Source of the DNA: Candidatus Fervidifonticultor secundus
Lineage (GTDB): Bacteria; Sysuimicrobiota; Sysuimicrobiia; Sysuimicrobiales; Humicultoraceae
NCBI GenBank assembly: GCA_031459385.1
Contig: JAVKIP010000015.1
Span: forward strand, 1 to 64,000
DNA: 64,000 bases
Direction: 5' to 3'
Shown: positions 1-8,981 of the stretch, piece after piece
Layout: every line of letters begins with the position of its first letter
Position numbering within the stretch: position 1 is the stretch's first letter
Notes under the pieces: generated by a model
Told to the model about the DNA's origin: nothing
What the model saw: the letters and a program-made list of their open reading frames with translations, nothing else
Database searches by the model: none
Position numbers and translations under genes: made by a program

Positions 1-1017
1 ATTCGGATCGGTGTCGGGAATGAGGCGTACCTGGGCCACCGCGTAGAAGGCGGTGGCTCCAGTGGGGATCAGCGGATGCGGCCAGCTGTTGATCCACCAG
101 TGGAGCAGCGTGCCCGCGGGAGCCGACTGCCATGACACCGAGAACCCTTCCGCTTCCTTCCGCCACGAGACGTACCCGCTGGCGCTGGAGAAGTCCGTGT
201 TGCGGAACCAGCCACCCTGGATCCCGTACTGGTCGGTGGATTCGACGAGGTGCCAGACGCCGTTGACGAAGGCGTAGAGCCGGTTCCACCGGACGTGGAC
301 GCGGAAGTTCCTGGTAGGGCCGATGCCCCCCGCCGCCTCGACGACCTGGCCCCAGCCGCTCATGGCGGTGTACCCGGGCGGCGGCGTCGCCCACTGCGCC
401 GGCCGGGCACCCTCCGTCCAGTCCCAGGACGGGTTGGTGGCCAGCCTGGCCTCGTGCCGTCCCCACGGCGCGCCCCAGCCATATTCCAGCCCAGAGCGGA
501 ACGGCGAGCCAAACCACTCGTAGATCAACTGGGCGATCTCGTCGGACGTCGGAGTCGGTGTCGAGCTGGGCGCTGGCGTCGGCGCGGGGGTCGGGGTCGG
601 GGTTGGCGTGGGTGTCGGGCTGGTTCCGACGGTGGTGTTTAGGGGCTGCAGCGCGAAGTCCAGCTGCGTCGTGACGCCCCCTTTGACGAGGGTCTGCTTC
701 TTCTGTTCTTTGTACCCCGACCGGCTGGCGTTCACGCTGTACGTCCCCGGAGGTAGCTGCGTGGAGTAGTAGCCGCTCGTATCGGCCTGCCCCACCCACG
801 TCATGTTCCCCTTCGTGAAGACAATGGCCGGGAGCCCGGCGCGGGTCACCGCGTCGATGACACGGCCAGTCAGGATCCCCGGGCTCTGGCGCCACGTGGC
901 GGCGGACCCGTACGCCGGATCGCCGAACGGTGCGCGCGCGAAGATCAGCGCGGCGCCCAGGAAGATGGCGAACACCTCGAGTCTCACGACGAATCCGGGC
1001 CTTTGCCGCCTGCGCAT
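1..1017 (-). CDS. Secreted protein: signal peptide, carboxypeptidase-regulatory-like beta-sandwich, Pro/Thr linker and Trp-rich C-terminal domain (3' end runs off the window)
   Basis: Not in the ORF track because it lacks a stop in the window. ATG at 1017 with an AGGAGGA RBS; frame open to position 1. Translation MRRRQRPGFVVRLEVFAIFLGAALIFA... GILTGRVIDAVTRAGLPA...ADTSGYYSTQLPPGTYSVNASRSGY...TTQLDFALQP, then PTPTPTPTPAPTPAP linker, then ...SWDWTEG...AMSGWGQVVEAAGG...LLHWW. Confidence 0.85.
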   Translation of the reverse strand, partial: MRRRQRPGFVVRLEVFAIFLGAALIFARAPFGDPAYGSAATWRQSPGILTGRVIDAVTRAGLPAIVFTKGNMTWVGQADTSGYYSTQLPPGTYSVNASRSGYKEQKKQTLVKGGVTTQLDFALQPLNTTVGTSPTPTPTPTPTPAPTPAPSSTPTPTSDEIAQLIYEWFGSPFRSGLEYGWGAPWGRHEARLATNPSWDWTEGARPAQWATPPPGYTAMSGWGQVVEAAGGIGPTRNFRVHVRWNRLYAFVNGVWHLVESTDQYGIQGGWFRNTDFSSASGYVSWRKEAEGFSVSWQSAPAGTLLHWWINSWPHPLIPTGATAFYAVAQVRLIPDTDPN

Positions 1018-1067
1018 CGCTATCCTCCTGGGTGTCCGGGCGTCTCGGTCGTGCCTCGAGCGGGGTG

Positions 1068-1120
1068 AAAAAACACAACCCACCCCGCCGCCGACGCATT
1101 GACGCCGCTGGGTGGGTAGT
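1068..1120 (-). terminator. Intrinsic terminator forming the riboswitch expression platform
   Basis: Minus strand ACTACCCACCCAGCGGCGTC-aat-GCGTCGGCGGCGGGGTGGGTTGT followed by GTTTTTT, lying between the aptamer and the RBS. Confidence 0.75.
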
Positions 1121-1128
1121 CTCGTCAC

Positions 1129-1236
1129 CCGCTTCGGCAACCCGGCTGACCGGTCGCTGGACGGGATCTCCGCCCGCTGGACCGGTCCCGTGGCTTTGCG
1201 CCCCCGAATCGCTTCGGGTTTGCCCTTGTCGGCGGT
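1129..1236 (-). ncRNA. Cyclic di-GMP-I (GEMM) riboswitch aptamer
   Basis: Minus strand CCGCCGACAAGGGCAAACC-CGAA-GCGA-TTCG-GGGGCGCAAAGCCACGGG...TCAGCCGGGTTGCCGAAGCGG has the GEMM hallmarks GGGCAAACC, a GYRA tetraloop, GCAAAGC and the 3' GGGTTRCCGA segment. Confidence 0.9.
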
Positions 1237-1497
1237 TGTGGTCGCTGCTGGTCGACCACCCTCCGGATCCGGGACTCCGGAGGCACCAGTAGGCGTATAC
1301 CCAGCCGTCCCCGAGTCCAGACCTCGACCAGTAGGGAATCTCCGCCCCGTTTCCTCGGCCTTTGAATGCTGGCCTTCGGGAAGGTTCCTGATGGGTCCGT
1401 CAGCGTTAGCTGCTTCCCGAGTGCGTGGTGGGACCTGCGCCCGGCATCGCCCGAGTACCCTTGAGGGAGATTTCATGAAACTTCTTTGGTTGAAACT

Positions 1498-1518
1498 CTT
1501 GACAATCTAATTATCAGG
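1498..1518. promoter_or_regulatory. HAIR-like HspR operator
   Basis: CTTGACA-N7-TATCAGG versus the HAIR consensus CTTGAGT-N7-ACTCAAG (9/14, exact spacing), just upstream of the hspR -35 box. Confidence 0.55.
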
Positions 1519-1522
1519 ACTC

Positions 1523-1551
1523 TTGACATGGTATGTGCCACTGGCTATACT
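1523..1551 (+). promoter_or_regulatory. Sigma70-type promoter of the heat-shock operon
   Basis: TTGACA-17 bp-TATACT in an AT-rich patch 30 nt before the hspR ATG. Confidence 0.85.
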
Positions 1552-1581
1552 GTTTTGTGGCGACAGTCGGGAGTGCGTCGG

Positions 1582-1950
1582 ATGCGGTTTCGGATCATGC
1601 AGAGCACCCGCCCGGTGTACGTCATCAGCGTGGCCGCGGAGATCTGCGGTCTGCATCCGCGTACGCTGCGGATCTACGAGGAGAAGGGCCTCCTCACCCC
1701 GGTCCGCAGGAACCGGATCCGGCTGTACTCGGACAGCGACATCGAGCGAGTGCGACTGATCCGGCAGCTCATCGAACACCACCGGCTGAACCTGGCGGGC
1801 GTGCGGCTGGTGCTGGAGATGCTCGAGCGGCTCCAGACGCAGGTGGGGGCGCTGGAGCGCGATAACGACGTGGAACAGGGCAAGGACGGTGACGTCGTGC
1901 GATGGCTGGTGGAACGACTACTCGAAGGCGAAGGAGGGAGAGGGCGATGA
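1582..1950 (+). CDS. hspR: MerR-family heat-shock repressor HspR
   Basis: RPVYVISVAAEICGLHPRTLRIYEEKGLLTP...RLYSDSDIER...LNLAGV is the HspR signature; GGGAG RBS before ATG 1582; adjacent to chaperone genes. Confidence 0.88.
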   Translation: MRFRIMQSTRPVYVISVAAEICGLHPRTLRIYEEKGLLTPVRRNRIRLYSDSDIERVRLIRQLIEHHRLNLAGVRLVLEMLERLQTQVGALERDNDVEQGKDGDVVRWLVERLLEGEGGRGR

Positions 1951-2393
1951 GCCTGATGCGGTGGGATCCGTTCGACGACCTGATGTCGCTGCGGGAGTCG
2001 ATGGATCGGCTCTTCGAGGACTTCTTCGGCACGCGGCGGCGCCGGGCGATGGTTCCGACGGTCTGGGAGCCGGCGGTGGAGTGCTACGAGACCGACACCG
2101 ACGTCGTGGTCAAGGCCGAACTGCCGGGCATCGACCCCAAGCACGTCGAGGTGACCGTGACGCCCGAGGGCCTGAGCCTCAAGGGTGAGGCCAAGGCCGA
2201 AGAGGAGCAGAAGGGGCGGAACTACTACCGTCGGGAGCTGCGGTACGGTGCGTTCCAGCGCTTGATTCCGCTGCCGGCGGACGTGAAGAGCGAGGAGGCG
2301 AAGGCGACGTTCCGCCACGGTATCCTGGAGGTGCGGGTGCCGAAGTCGGAGCGGGCGCGACCGAAGACCGTGAAGGTCGAGGTGGCTTCGTAG
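1947..2393 (+). CDS. Small heat-shock protein (Hsp20/alpha-crystallin)
   Basis: MRWDPF..., AELPGID, RELRYGAFQRLIPLP, ATFRHGILEVRVPK; ATGA overlap with the hspR stop. Confidence 0.95.
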   Translation: MSLMRWDPFDDLMSLRESMDRLFEDFFGTRRRRAMVPTVWEPAVECYETDTDVVVKAELPGIDPKHVEVTVTPEGLSLKGEAKAEEEQKGRNYYRRELRYGAFQRLIPLPADVKSEEAKATFRHGILEVRVPKSERARPKTVKVEVAS

Positions 2394-2516
2394 GCGCCTC
2401 GGAGCCGGGTCGAGGGTCAGGGACGCTGCGAAGGGCAGAGTACAGGCGCGGGCGGCGGGGGCGACGTCTCCGGGGAGGCGTTCCCGCCGCCCGGAAGCCG
2501 TAGGGGGAGCGCGACG

Positions 2517-4415
2517 ATGGGCAAGGTCGTGGGCATCGATCTGGGGACGACCAACTCGGTGATCGCGTACGTGGTCGGCGGGGAGCCGCAGGTGATCGCC
2601 AATGCCGAGGGCAGCCGCCTGACGCCGTCGGTCGTGGGGTTCAGCAAGACCGGTGAGCGCCTGGTCGGCCAGATGGCGAAGCGGCAGGCCATTCTGAATC
2701 CGGAGAACACCGTCTACTCGATCAAGCGGTTCATGGGCCGCCGGTACGCCGAGGTGGAGACCGAGCGCAAGATGGTGCCCTACAAGGTTGAAGAGAGTCA
2801 GAACGGCATGGCGGTCGTGCGCATCCCGGCCGCCGGCCGGACGTTCACGCCCGAGGAGATCTCGGCGATGATCCTCCAGAAGCTGAAGACCGACGCCGAG
2901 GCCGCTCTGGGCGAGAAGGTCACCGAGGCGGTCATCACGGTGCCCGCGTACTTCAACGACGCCCAGCGCACCGCCACCAAGAACGCCGGCGAGATCGCCG
3001 GGCTGAAGGTGCTGCGCATCATCAACGAGCCTACGGCTGCGTGTCTGGCCTACGGGTTGGACAAGAAGGGCGCCGAAACGGTCCTGGTCTTCGACCTGGG
3101 CGGGGGTACCTTCGACGTCTCGATCCTGGAGATCGGCGAGGGCGTCTTCGAGGTGAAGGCTACCAGCGGCGACACGCACCTGGGCGGCGACGACTGGGAC
3201 GAGCGCATCGTCAACTGGCTGGCCGATGAGTTCAAGAAACAGCAGGGCATCGACCTGCGGTTGGACCGCCAGGCCCTCCAGCGGCTGCGCGAGGCGGCCG
3301 AGCGCGCCAAGGTGGAACTGTCCACGGTGGTGCAGACAACGATCAACCTGCCGTTCATCACCGCCGACGCCACCGGGCCCAAGCACCTGGACATGGTGCT
3401 GACCCGGGCCAAGTTCGAGGAGCTGACCGCCGACCTGGTCGAGCGCTGCATCGGGCCGTTTCGGCAGGCGTTGAACGACGCCAGGATGACCGAGAAGGAC
3501 ATCGACGAGGTCATCCTGGTGGGCGGCGCCACGCGCATGCCGATGATCCAGGAGCTGGTGCGGCGTCTGACGGGGAAGGAGCCCAACCGCGAGGTGCACC
3601 CCGACGAGGTGGTGGCGGTCGGCGCGGCGATCCAGGCCGGGGTGCTGGCGGGGCAGGTGCGCGAGGTCGTGCTGCTGGACGTCACGCCGCTGTCGCTGGG
3701 CGTCGAGACCCTGGGCGGCGTGATGACGACGCTGATCGCGCGCAACACGACGATCCCAACGCGCAAGAGCGAGACGTTTACCACGGCCGCCGACGGCCAG
3801 ACCCAGGTGGAGATCCACGTGCTCCAGGGCGAGCGGCCCATGGCGCGCGACAACCGCACGCTGGGCCGGTTCATCCTGGACGGGATCCCGCCGGCCCCCC
3901 GGGGCGTCCCGCAGATCGAGGTGACGTTCGACATCGATGCCAATGGCATCCTGAACGTCACCGCGAAGGACAAGGCCACGGGCCGCGAGCAGTCCATCAA
4001 GATCACCGGCACCTCGACCCTGGCGAAGGACGAGGTCGAGAAGATGGTCAAGGAGGCCGAGCGCTTCGCGGAGGAGGACCGCAAGAAGCGCGAGGCGGCC
4101 GAGACGCGCAACCGCGGCGACTCGGTGCTCTACCAGGTCGAGAAGCTGCTGCGCGACTACGGCGACAAGGTCTCCAAGGATGAGCGCGCCCGGGTGGAGC
4201 AGGCACTGGGCGAGCTGCGGGAGGCCCTGAAGGGCGACGACATCGCCCGCATCGCGCGCGCCGCCGACGCGGTGCAGCAGGCGTCGTACAGGCTGAGCGA
4301 GGAGATGTACAAGGCGACGGCGGGCACGCCGGCCGGCTCGGGCGCGTCTGCGGGCGGCCCGGGCAAGCCGGGCGGCGACGACGTGATCGACGCCGAGTAC
4401 AAGCCGACGTCGTAG
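2517..4415 (+). CDS. dnaK: Chaperone DnaK (Hsp70)
   Basis: [39 protein letters not shown] motifs. Confidence 0.99.
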   Translation: MGKVVGIDLGTTNSVIAYVVGGEPQVIANAEGSRLTPSVVGFSKTGERLVGQMAKRQAILNPENTVYSIKRFMGRRYAEVETERKMVPYKVEESQNGMAVVRIPAAGRTFTPEEISAMILQKLKTDAEAALGEKVTEAVITVPAYFNDAQRTATKNAGEIAGLKVLRIINEPTAACLAYGLDKKGAETVLVFDLGGGTFDVSILEIGEGVFEVKATSGDTHLGGDDWDERIVNWLADEFKKQQGIDLRLDRQALQRLREAAERAKVELSTVVQTTINLPFITADATGPKHLDMVLTRAKFEELTADLVERCIGPFRQALNDARMTEKDIDEVILVGGATRMPMIQELVRRLTGKEPNREVHPDEVVAVGAAIQAGVLAGQVREVVLLDVTPLSLGVETLGGVMTTLIARNTTIPTRKSETFTTAADGQTQVEIHVLQGERPMARDNRTLGRFILDGIPPAPRGVPQIEVTFDIDANGILNVTAKDKATGREQSIKITGTSTLAKDEVEKMVKEAERFAEEDRKKREAAETRNRGDSVLYQVEKLLRDYGDKVSKDERARVEQALGELREALKGDDIARIARAADAVQQASYRLSEEMYKATAGTPAGSGASAGGPGKPGGDDVIDAEYKPTS

Positions 4416-4424
4416 GCTGCGACC

Positions 4425-5084
4425 ATGGACAGGGAGCGCACGATCAACGGCGAGGCTGTGGAACAGGCACCGGCGGCAGGCGACGTCGAGGCCGTGGCTG
4501 CGGACGAGACCCCCGGCCCGCAGGCAGGAGGCGCCGGCAGGGTCGGCGAGGGTCCGCGAGAGATGCTGGCGTCCGCCGGGCAGGACGCGGGGCCTATAAG
4601 GCCGGAGGAGGTGGAGACCCTGCGGGCCGAAGTTACCCGCCTGTCCGAGGAAGCCGAACGCAACTGGCAGCAGTTCCTGCGGGCCGCCGCGGATCTGGAG
4701 AACTACCGCAAGCACGCCGCCCGGCAGCGGGAGGAGGCGGTGGCCACGACCCGGCGGGCGTTGCTGCGCGTCGTGCTGGGGGTTGTGGACACGCTCGAGC
4801 GTGCCATGGAACACGCGGGCCAGGGTGCGGCCGAGGCGAATTCCGCCGCGATCCTCGACGGCATCCGGCTGGCGCACCGCGACGTGCTGGAGACGCTGCG
4901 GGGCATGGACGTCCGGCCCATCGAGGCGGTCGGACGGCCGTTCGACCCACGGGTGCACGAGGCCGTGGAAGTCGTGGCGCCCGATGAGCAGACGCCCGCA
5001 GGGACCGTGGTTGGCGAGGTGCAGCGTGGGTACCTGATCGGTGATGACGTCCTGCGCCCGGCCAGGGTGCGGGTGGCCCAGTAG
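4425..5084 (+). CDS. grpE: Nucleotide exchange factor GrpE
   Basis: RAAADLENYRK, FDPRVHEAV, QRGYLIGDDVLRPARVRV; follows dnaK. Confidence 0.97.
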   Translation: MDRERTINGEAVEQAPAAGDVEAVAADETPGPQAGGAGRVGEGPREMLASAGQDAGPIRPEEVETLRAEVTRLSEEAERNWQQFLRAAADLENYRKHAARQREEAVATTRRALLRVVLGVVDTLERAMEHAGQGAAEANSAAILDGIRLAHRDVLETLRGMDVRPIEAVGRPFDPRVHEAVEVVAPDEQTPAGTVVGEVQRGYLIGDDVLRPARVRVAQ

Positions 5085-5110
5085 CCTGGCCCCGGCGCCC
5101 GGGGTGCCGT

Positions 5111-6100
5111 ATGGAGTTCAAGGACTACTACAGGATCCTGGGCGTCGATCGTCGGGCGGATCCGAAGGCGATCAGCCAGGCCTTCCGGCGCCTGGCGCGT
5201 CAGTATCATCCCGACGTCAGTAAGGCGAAGGGCGCGGAGGAGCGCTTCAAGGAGATCAACGAGGCCTACCAGGTCCTGGGCGATCCCCAGAAGCGCGCGC
5301 AGTACGACCAGATCTATGACGCGTACCAGTCCGGGGTGCCCCTGCACGACCTGTTCGGGCGCGTCGGAGGCGCGCGCACGTGGACGGGCCCGGGCGGCGG
5401 GTTCACCGTGACGATCGGTGGTGAGCACCTCGAAGATCTGTTCGAGGGCGGGCTCGGCGGGTTCTCGGAGTTCTTCAAGGCGTTCTTCGGCGACCTGGGT
5501 GGGCTCGGCGGGTTCGGCAGGACCACGCGGCAGGGACGTCGGGCCGAACCGTGGCACGGCCCCGGCGAGCCGTGGGGACGGGGCACGGACGCGCAAGGGT
5601 CCGGGCGGGCAGAGGCGACGCTCACCCTGACCGTGGAAGAAGCGCTGCGCGGCGCCCGGCGGCGGGTACAGCTCCCGGACGGGCGGCACGTGGAGGTGCA
5701 GGTGCCCGCCGGCGTGCGGTCCGGCCAGACGATCCGCCTGCCCGGCGCCTCGGGCGGGCAGGACGTCTACCTGACCGTGGAGATCGCCCCGCACCCGCAG
5801 TTCGAGCGGAACGGCGACGATCTGACGGTCGAGGTGCCGATCGGCCTTGTGGAGGCCGTGCTGGGCGGCGACGTGGAAGTGCCGACCCCTGAGGGCACGA
5901 TCACCGTGACCGTGCCGCCGGGGACGCAACCCGGTCAGCGTCTCCGCCTGCGGGGTCGGGGCCTGCCCCGGGGGCAGGGCAGGCGCGGCGACCTGTACGC
6001 GCGCGTGAAGGTCGTGGTACCGACAGCCCTGTCGCCGCGTGAGCGCGAGCTGTTCGAGGAACTGCGCCGCCTGCGGCGCGAGCCGTCCCGCACGCGGTAG
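5111..6100 (+). CDS. dnaJ: Class B J-domain protein (DnaJ/CbpA-like, no Zn finger)
   Basis: KDYYRILGV...YHPDV J domain, G/F-rich region and DnaJ C-terminal domain; no CxxCxGxG repeats. Confidence 0.92.
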   Translation: MEFKDYYRILGVDRRADPKAISQAFRRLARQYHPDVSKAKGAEERFKEINEAYQVLGDPQKRAQYDQIYDAYQSGVPLHDLFGRVGGARTWTGPGGGFTVTIGGEHLEDLFEGGLGGFSEFFKAFFGDLGGLGGFGRTTRQGRRAEPWHGPGEPWGRGTDAQGSGRAEATLTLTVEEALRGARRRVQLPDGRHVEVQVPAGVRSGQTIRLPGASGGQDVYLTVEIAPHPQFERNGDDLTVEVPIGLVEAVLGGDVEVPTPEGTITVTVPPGTQPGQRLRLRGRGLPRGQGRRGDLYARVKVVVPTALSPRERELFEELRRLRREPSRTR

Positions 6101-6157
6101 ACGTTCGCGGGCCCCCGCGGGTGCGGCCGCGGTCCCACGGAGCGAGGGAAACGCGAC

Positions 6158-8788
6158 ATGGCCATGCGATTCGACCGGTTCACCGAGAAGGCGCAGGAAG
6201 CGCTACTGGCCGCCCAGCAGGACGCCAGTGCGCGCGGGCATCAGGCTCCCGACCCCGAGCACCTGCTGCTGGCGCTGATCGACCAGCCCGAGGGGCTGGT
6301 GCCGCACCTGCTGGCGAAGCTGGCGGTCGACCCACGGGTGCTGCGGACGCGGCTGGTGCACGAGCTCGACCGGCGGCCGCGCGTGATCGGCGCGCAGCCG
6401 CCGGCCGGCGGCGTCACCGTGGGGCCCCGACTGGCCCGGGTGCTGGAAGCGGCGCAGCGAGAGGCCGACCGCCTCAAGGACGAGTACATCAGCACCGAGC
6501 ACCTGCTGCTGGGGATCCTGCAGGCGGCCGACGGCGCGGCGGCGGCGCTGCTCCGCGACGCGGGTGTGACGGTCGACCGTACGTACCAGGGGCTGGAAGA
6601 GGTGCGCGGGCACCAGCGCGTGACCGACCCCCATCCCGAGAGCAAATACCAGGTCCTGGAGCGCTATGGGCGCGACCTGACCGCGCTGGCGGCGGCGGGC
6701 AAACTCGACCCGGTCATCGGGCGCGACGAGGAGATCCGCCGGGTGATTCAGATCCTCAGCCGCCGCACCAAGAACAACCCGGTGCTCATCGGCGACCCCG
6801 GCGTGGGCAAGACGGCCATCGTCGAGGGACTGGCCCAGCGCATCGTGCGCGGCGATGTCCCCGAGGGGTTGAAGCACAAGCGGGTCGTCCAGTTGGACAT
6901 GGGCGCCCTCATCGCCGGCACCAAGTACCGCGGCGAGTTCGAGCATCGCCTGAAGGCCGTGCTGCGGGAGATCGCGGCGGCCGAGGGGCAGATCATCCTG
7001 TTCATCGACGAGCTGCACACGGTGGTCGGGGCGGGGGCCGCCGAGGGGGCCATCGACGCGGCCAACCTGCTGAAGCCCATGCTCGCGCGGGGCGAGCTGC
7101 ACGCCATCGGCGCTACCACCCTCGACGAGTACCGCAAGCACATCGAGAAAGACGCGGCGCTGGAGCGGCGCTTCCAGCCCGTGCTCGTCGGCGAGCCGTC
7201 GGTGGAAGAGACGATCAGCATCCTGCGCGGGTTGAAGGAGCGCTACGAGGTCCACCACGGCGTGCGCATCGCCGACTCGGCCGTGGTGGCGGCGGCGATG
7301 CTGTCGGACCGGTACATCAGCGGACGGTTCCTGCCCGACAAGGCCATCGACCTGGTCGACGAGGCCGCGAGCCGGCTGCGCATGGAGATCGACAGCAAGC
7401 CGGCCGAGCTCGACGAGGTGGACCGGCGGATCATGCAGCTCGAGATCGAGCGCGAGGCACTGCGTCGAGAGACCGACGCCGCCAGCCGCGAGCGACTGCA
7501 GCGGTTGGAGGAAGAGCTGGTGGCGCTGCGCGAGCAGTCGGACGCGCTGCGCGCGCAGTGGGAGCAGGAGAAAGCCGCCATCCTGGCCATCCGGGAGACC
7601 AAACAGAAGATCGAGGAGGCCCGGCATCAGATCGAGGAAGCCGAGCGCCGGGCCGACCTGGAGCGGGCGGCGCGACTGCGGTACGGGGAGATCCCCGAAC
7701 TGGAGCGCCGGCTGCGCGCGCAGGAGGAGCGGTTGCAGCAGGTGCAGGCGCAGCAGCGGCTGCTGAACGAAGAGGTCACGGCGGACGAGATCGCCGAGGT
7801 CGTGGCCCGGTGGACGGGCATCCCGGTGCAGCGGCTGCTGGAAGGCGAGATCGCCAAGCTGCTGCACCTGGAGGACCGCCTGCACCAACGGGTGGTCGGC
7901 CAGGACGAGGCGGTGGCCGCGGTGGCGGATGCCATCCGCCGCGCCCGCGCCGGTCTCAAGGACCCTCGCCGGCCCATCGGATCGTTCCTCTTCCTGGGGC
8001 CCACCGGCGTGGGGAAGACCGAACTGGCCAAGACCCTGGCCGAGGTGCTCTTCGACGACGAGAACGCCATGGTGCGCCTCGACATGTCGGAGTACCAGGA
8101 GCGCCACACGGTGAGCCGCCTGGTGGGTGCGCCGCCGGGCTACGTGGGCTACGAGGAGGGGGGCCAGCTTACGGAGGCCGTGCGCCGGCGGCCGTACCGC
8201 GTGGTGCTGTTCGACGAGATCGAGAAGGCGCACCAGGACGTCTTCAACCTGCTGCTGCAGATCATGGAGGACGGCAGGCTGACCGACGGCCACGGGCGCA
8301 CGGTGGACTTCCGGAACACGGTCGTCATCATGACCAGCAACCTGGGGAGCCGGCACCTGCAGGGGTTGGAGGAGAAGGACCCTGCGGCGTTCGAGATGGC
8401 GCGGGTGCTGGTGCTGGGCGAGTGCCGCAAGGCGTTCCGGCCCGAGTTCCTGAACCGCATCGACGAGATCATCGTCTTCCGGCCGCTCACCCGCGAGCAG
8501 CTGGTGCAGATCGTGGGGCTGCAGGTGCGCCAGCTCACCGCGCGTCTGGCCGCCCAGGACATCGGGTTGGACGTGACGGACGCCGCGAAGGCCTGGCTGG
8601 CCCGCGAAGGGTACAATCCCGACTTCGGGGCCCGGCCGTTGCGCCGGCTGATCCAGAAGGAAGTGGAGAACGTCATCGCCCGCGGCCTCCTGGCCGGCGA
8701 GTTCCGGCCCGGCCAGACGATCGTGGTCGACCTGGAGGGGGGGCGGCTCACCTTCACCGCCCGCGTCCCAGCGGAAGTCGCCACGTAG
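6158..8788 (+). CDS. clpB: ATP-dependent disaggregase ClpB
   Basis: Clp N repeats, two AAA+ modules ([16 protein letters not shown]), long coiled-coil M domain, GAPPGYVGY. Confidence 0.98.
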   Translation: MAMRFDRFTEKAQEALLAAQQDASARGHQAPDPEHLLLALIDQPEGLVPHLLAKLAVDPRVLRTRLVHELDRRPRVIGAQPPAGGVTVGPRLARVLEAAQREADRLKDEYISTEHLLLGILQAADGAAAALLRDAGVTVDRTYQGLEEVRGHQRVTDPHPESKYQVLERYGRDLTALAAAGKLDPVIGRDEEIRRVIQILSRRTKNNPVLIGDPGVGKTAIVEGLAQRIVRGDVPEGLKHKRVVQLDMGALIAGTKYRGEFEHRLKAVLREIAAAEGQIILFIDELHTVVGAGAAEGAIDAANLLKPMLARGELHAIGATTLDEYRKHIEKDAALERRFQPVLVGEPSVEETISILRGLKERYEVHHGVRIADSAVVAAAMLSDRYISGRFLPDKAIDLVDEAASRLRMEIDSKPAELDEVDRRIMQLEIEREALRRETDAASRERLQRLEEELVALREQSDALRAQWEQEKAAILAIRETKQKIEEARHQIEEAERRADLERAARLRYGEIPELERRLRAQEERLQQVQAQQRLLNEEVTADEIAEVVARWTGIPVQRLLEGEIAKLLHLEDRLHQRVVGQDEAVAAVADAIRRARAGLKDPRRPIGSFLFLGPTGVGKTELAKTLAEVLFDDENAMVRLDMSEYQERHTVSRLVGAPPGYVGYEEGGQLTEAVRRRPYRVVLFDEIEKAHQDVFNLLLQIMEDGRLTDGHGRTVDFRNTVVIMTSNLGSRHLQGLEEKDPAAFEMARVLVLGECRKAFRPEFLNRIDEIIVFRPLTREQLVQIVGLQVRQLTARLAAQDIGLDVTDAAKAWLAREGYNPDFGARPLRRLIQKEVENVIARGLLAGEFRPGQTIVVDLEGGRLTFTARVPAEVAT

Positions 8789-8981
8789 CCCTGCGCCGCG
8801 CGGGCCCCGGGCCACGGGCACGGGTCTGCGCGGCACACGATCGTCAGTCGTCAGGGAGGCCGGGTGGCTGCCGCGTTCCGGCGGAGTCCTCCGGACGGAG
8901 CGCCACCGTGTGCTCCCCGGAGGGCTTCCGCGTTCTGGAGGGAATCCTAGCAGAGCCTGAGAGCCTCGCCACAGACAGGAG

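Noticed and set aside
545..625. Short tandem repeats (GTCGGG/GGCGTG-like)
   Set aside because: They encode the Pro/Thr linker of the secreted protein; not a CRISPR or regulatory array.
1129..1236. c-AMP-GMP (GEMM-Ib) specificity for the riboswitch
   Set aside because: The discriminating position (1224) is G, as in c-di-GMP binders.
1561..1580. CIRCE (HrcA) element before the chaperone operon
   Set aside because: Only a GAGTGC fragment; the TTAGCACTC-N9-GAGTGCTAA inverted repeat is absent.
1674..4958. 1094-aa antisense ORF opposite dnaK/grpE
   Set aside because: Well-known shadow ORF of high-GC dnaK genes (often mis-annotated as NAD-glutamate dehydrogenase); no motifs or RBS.
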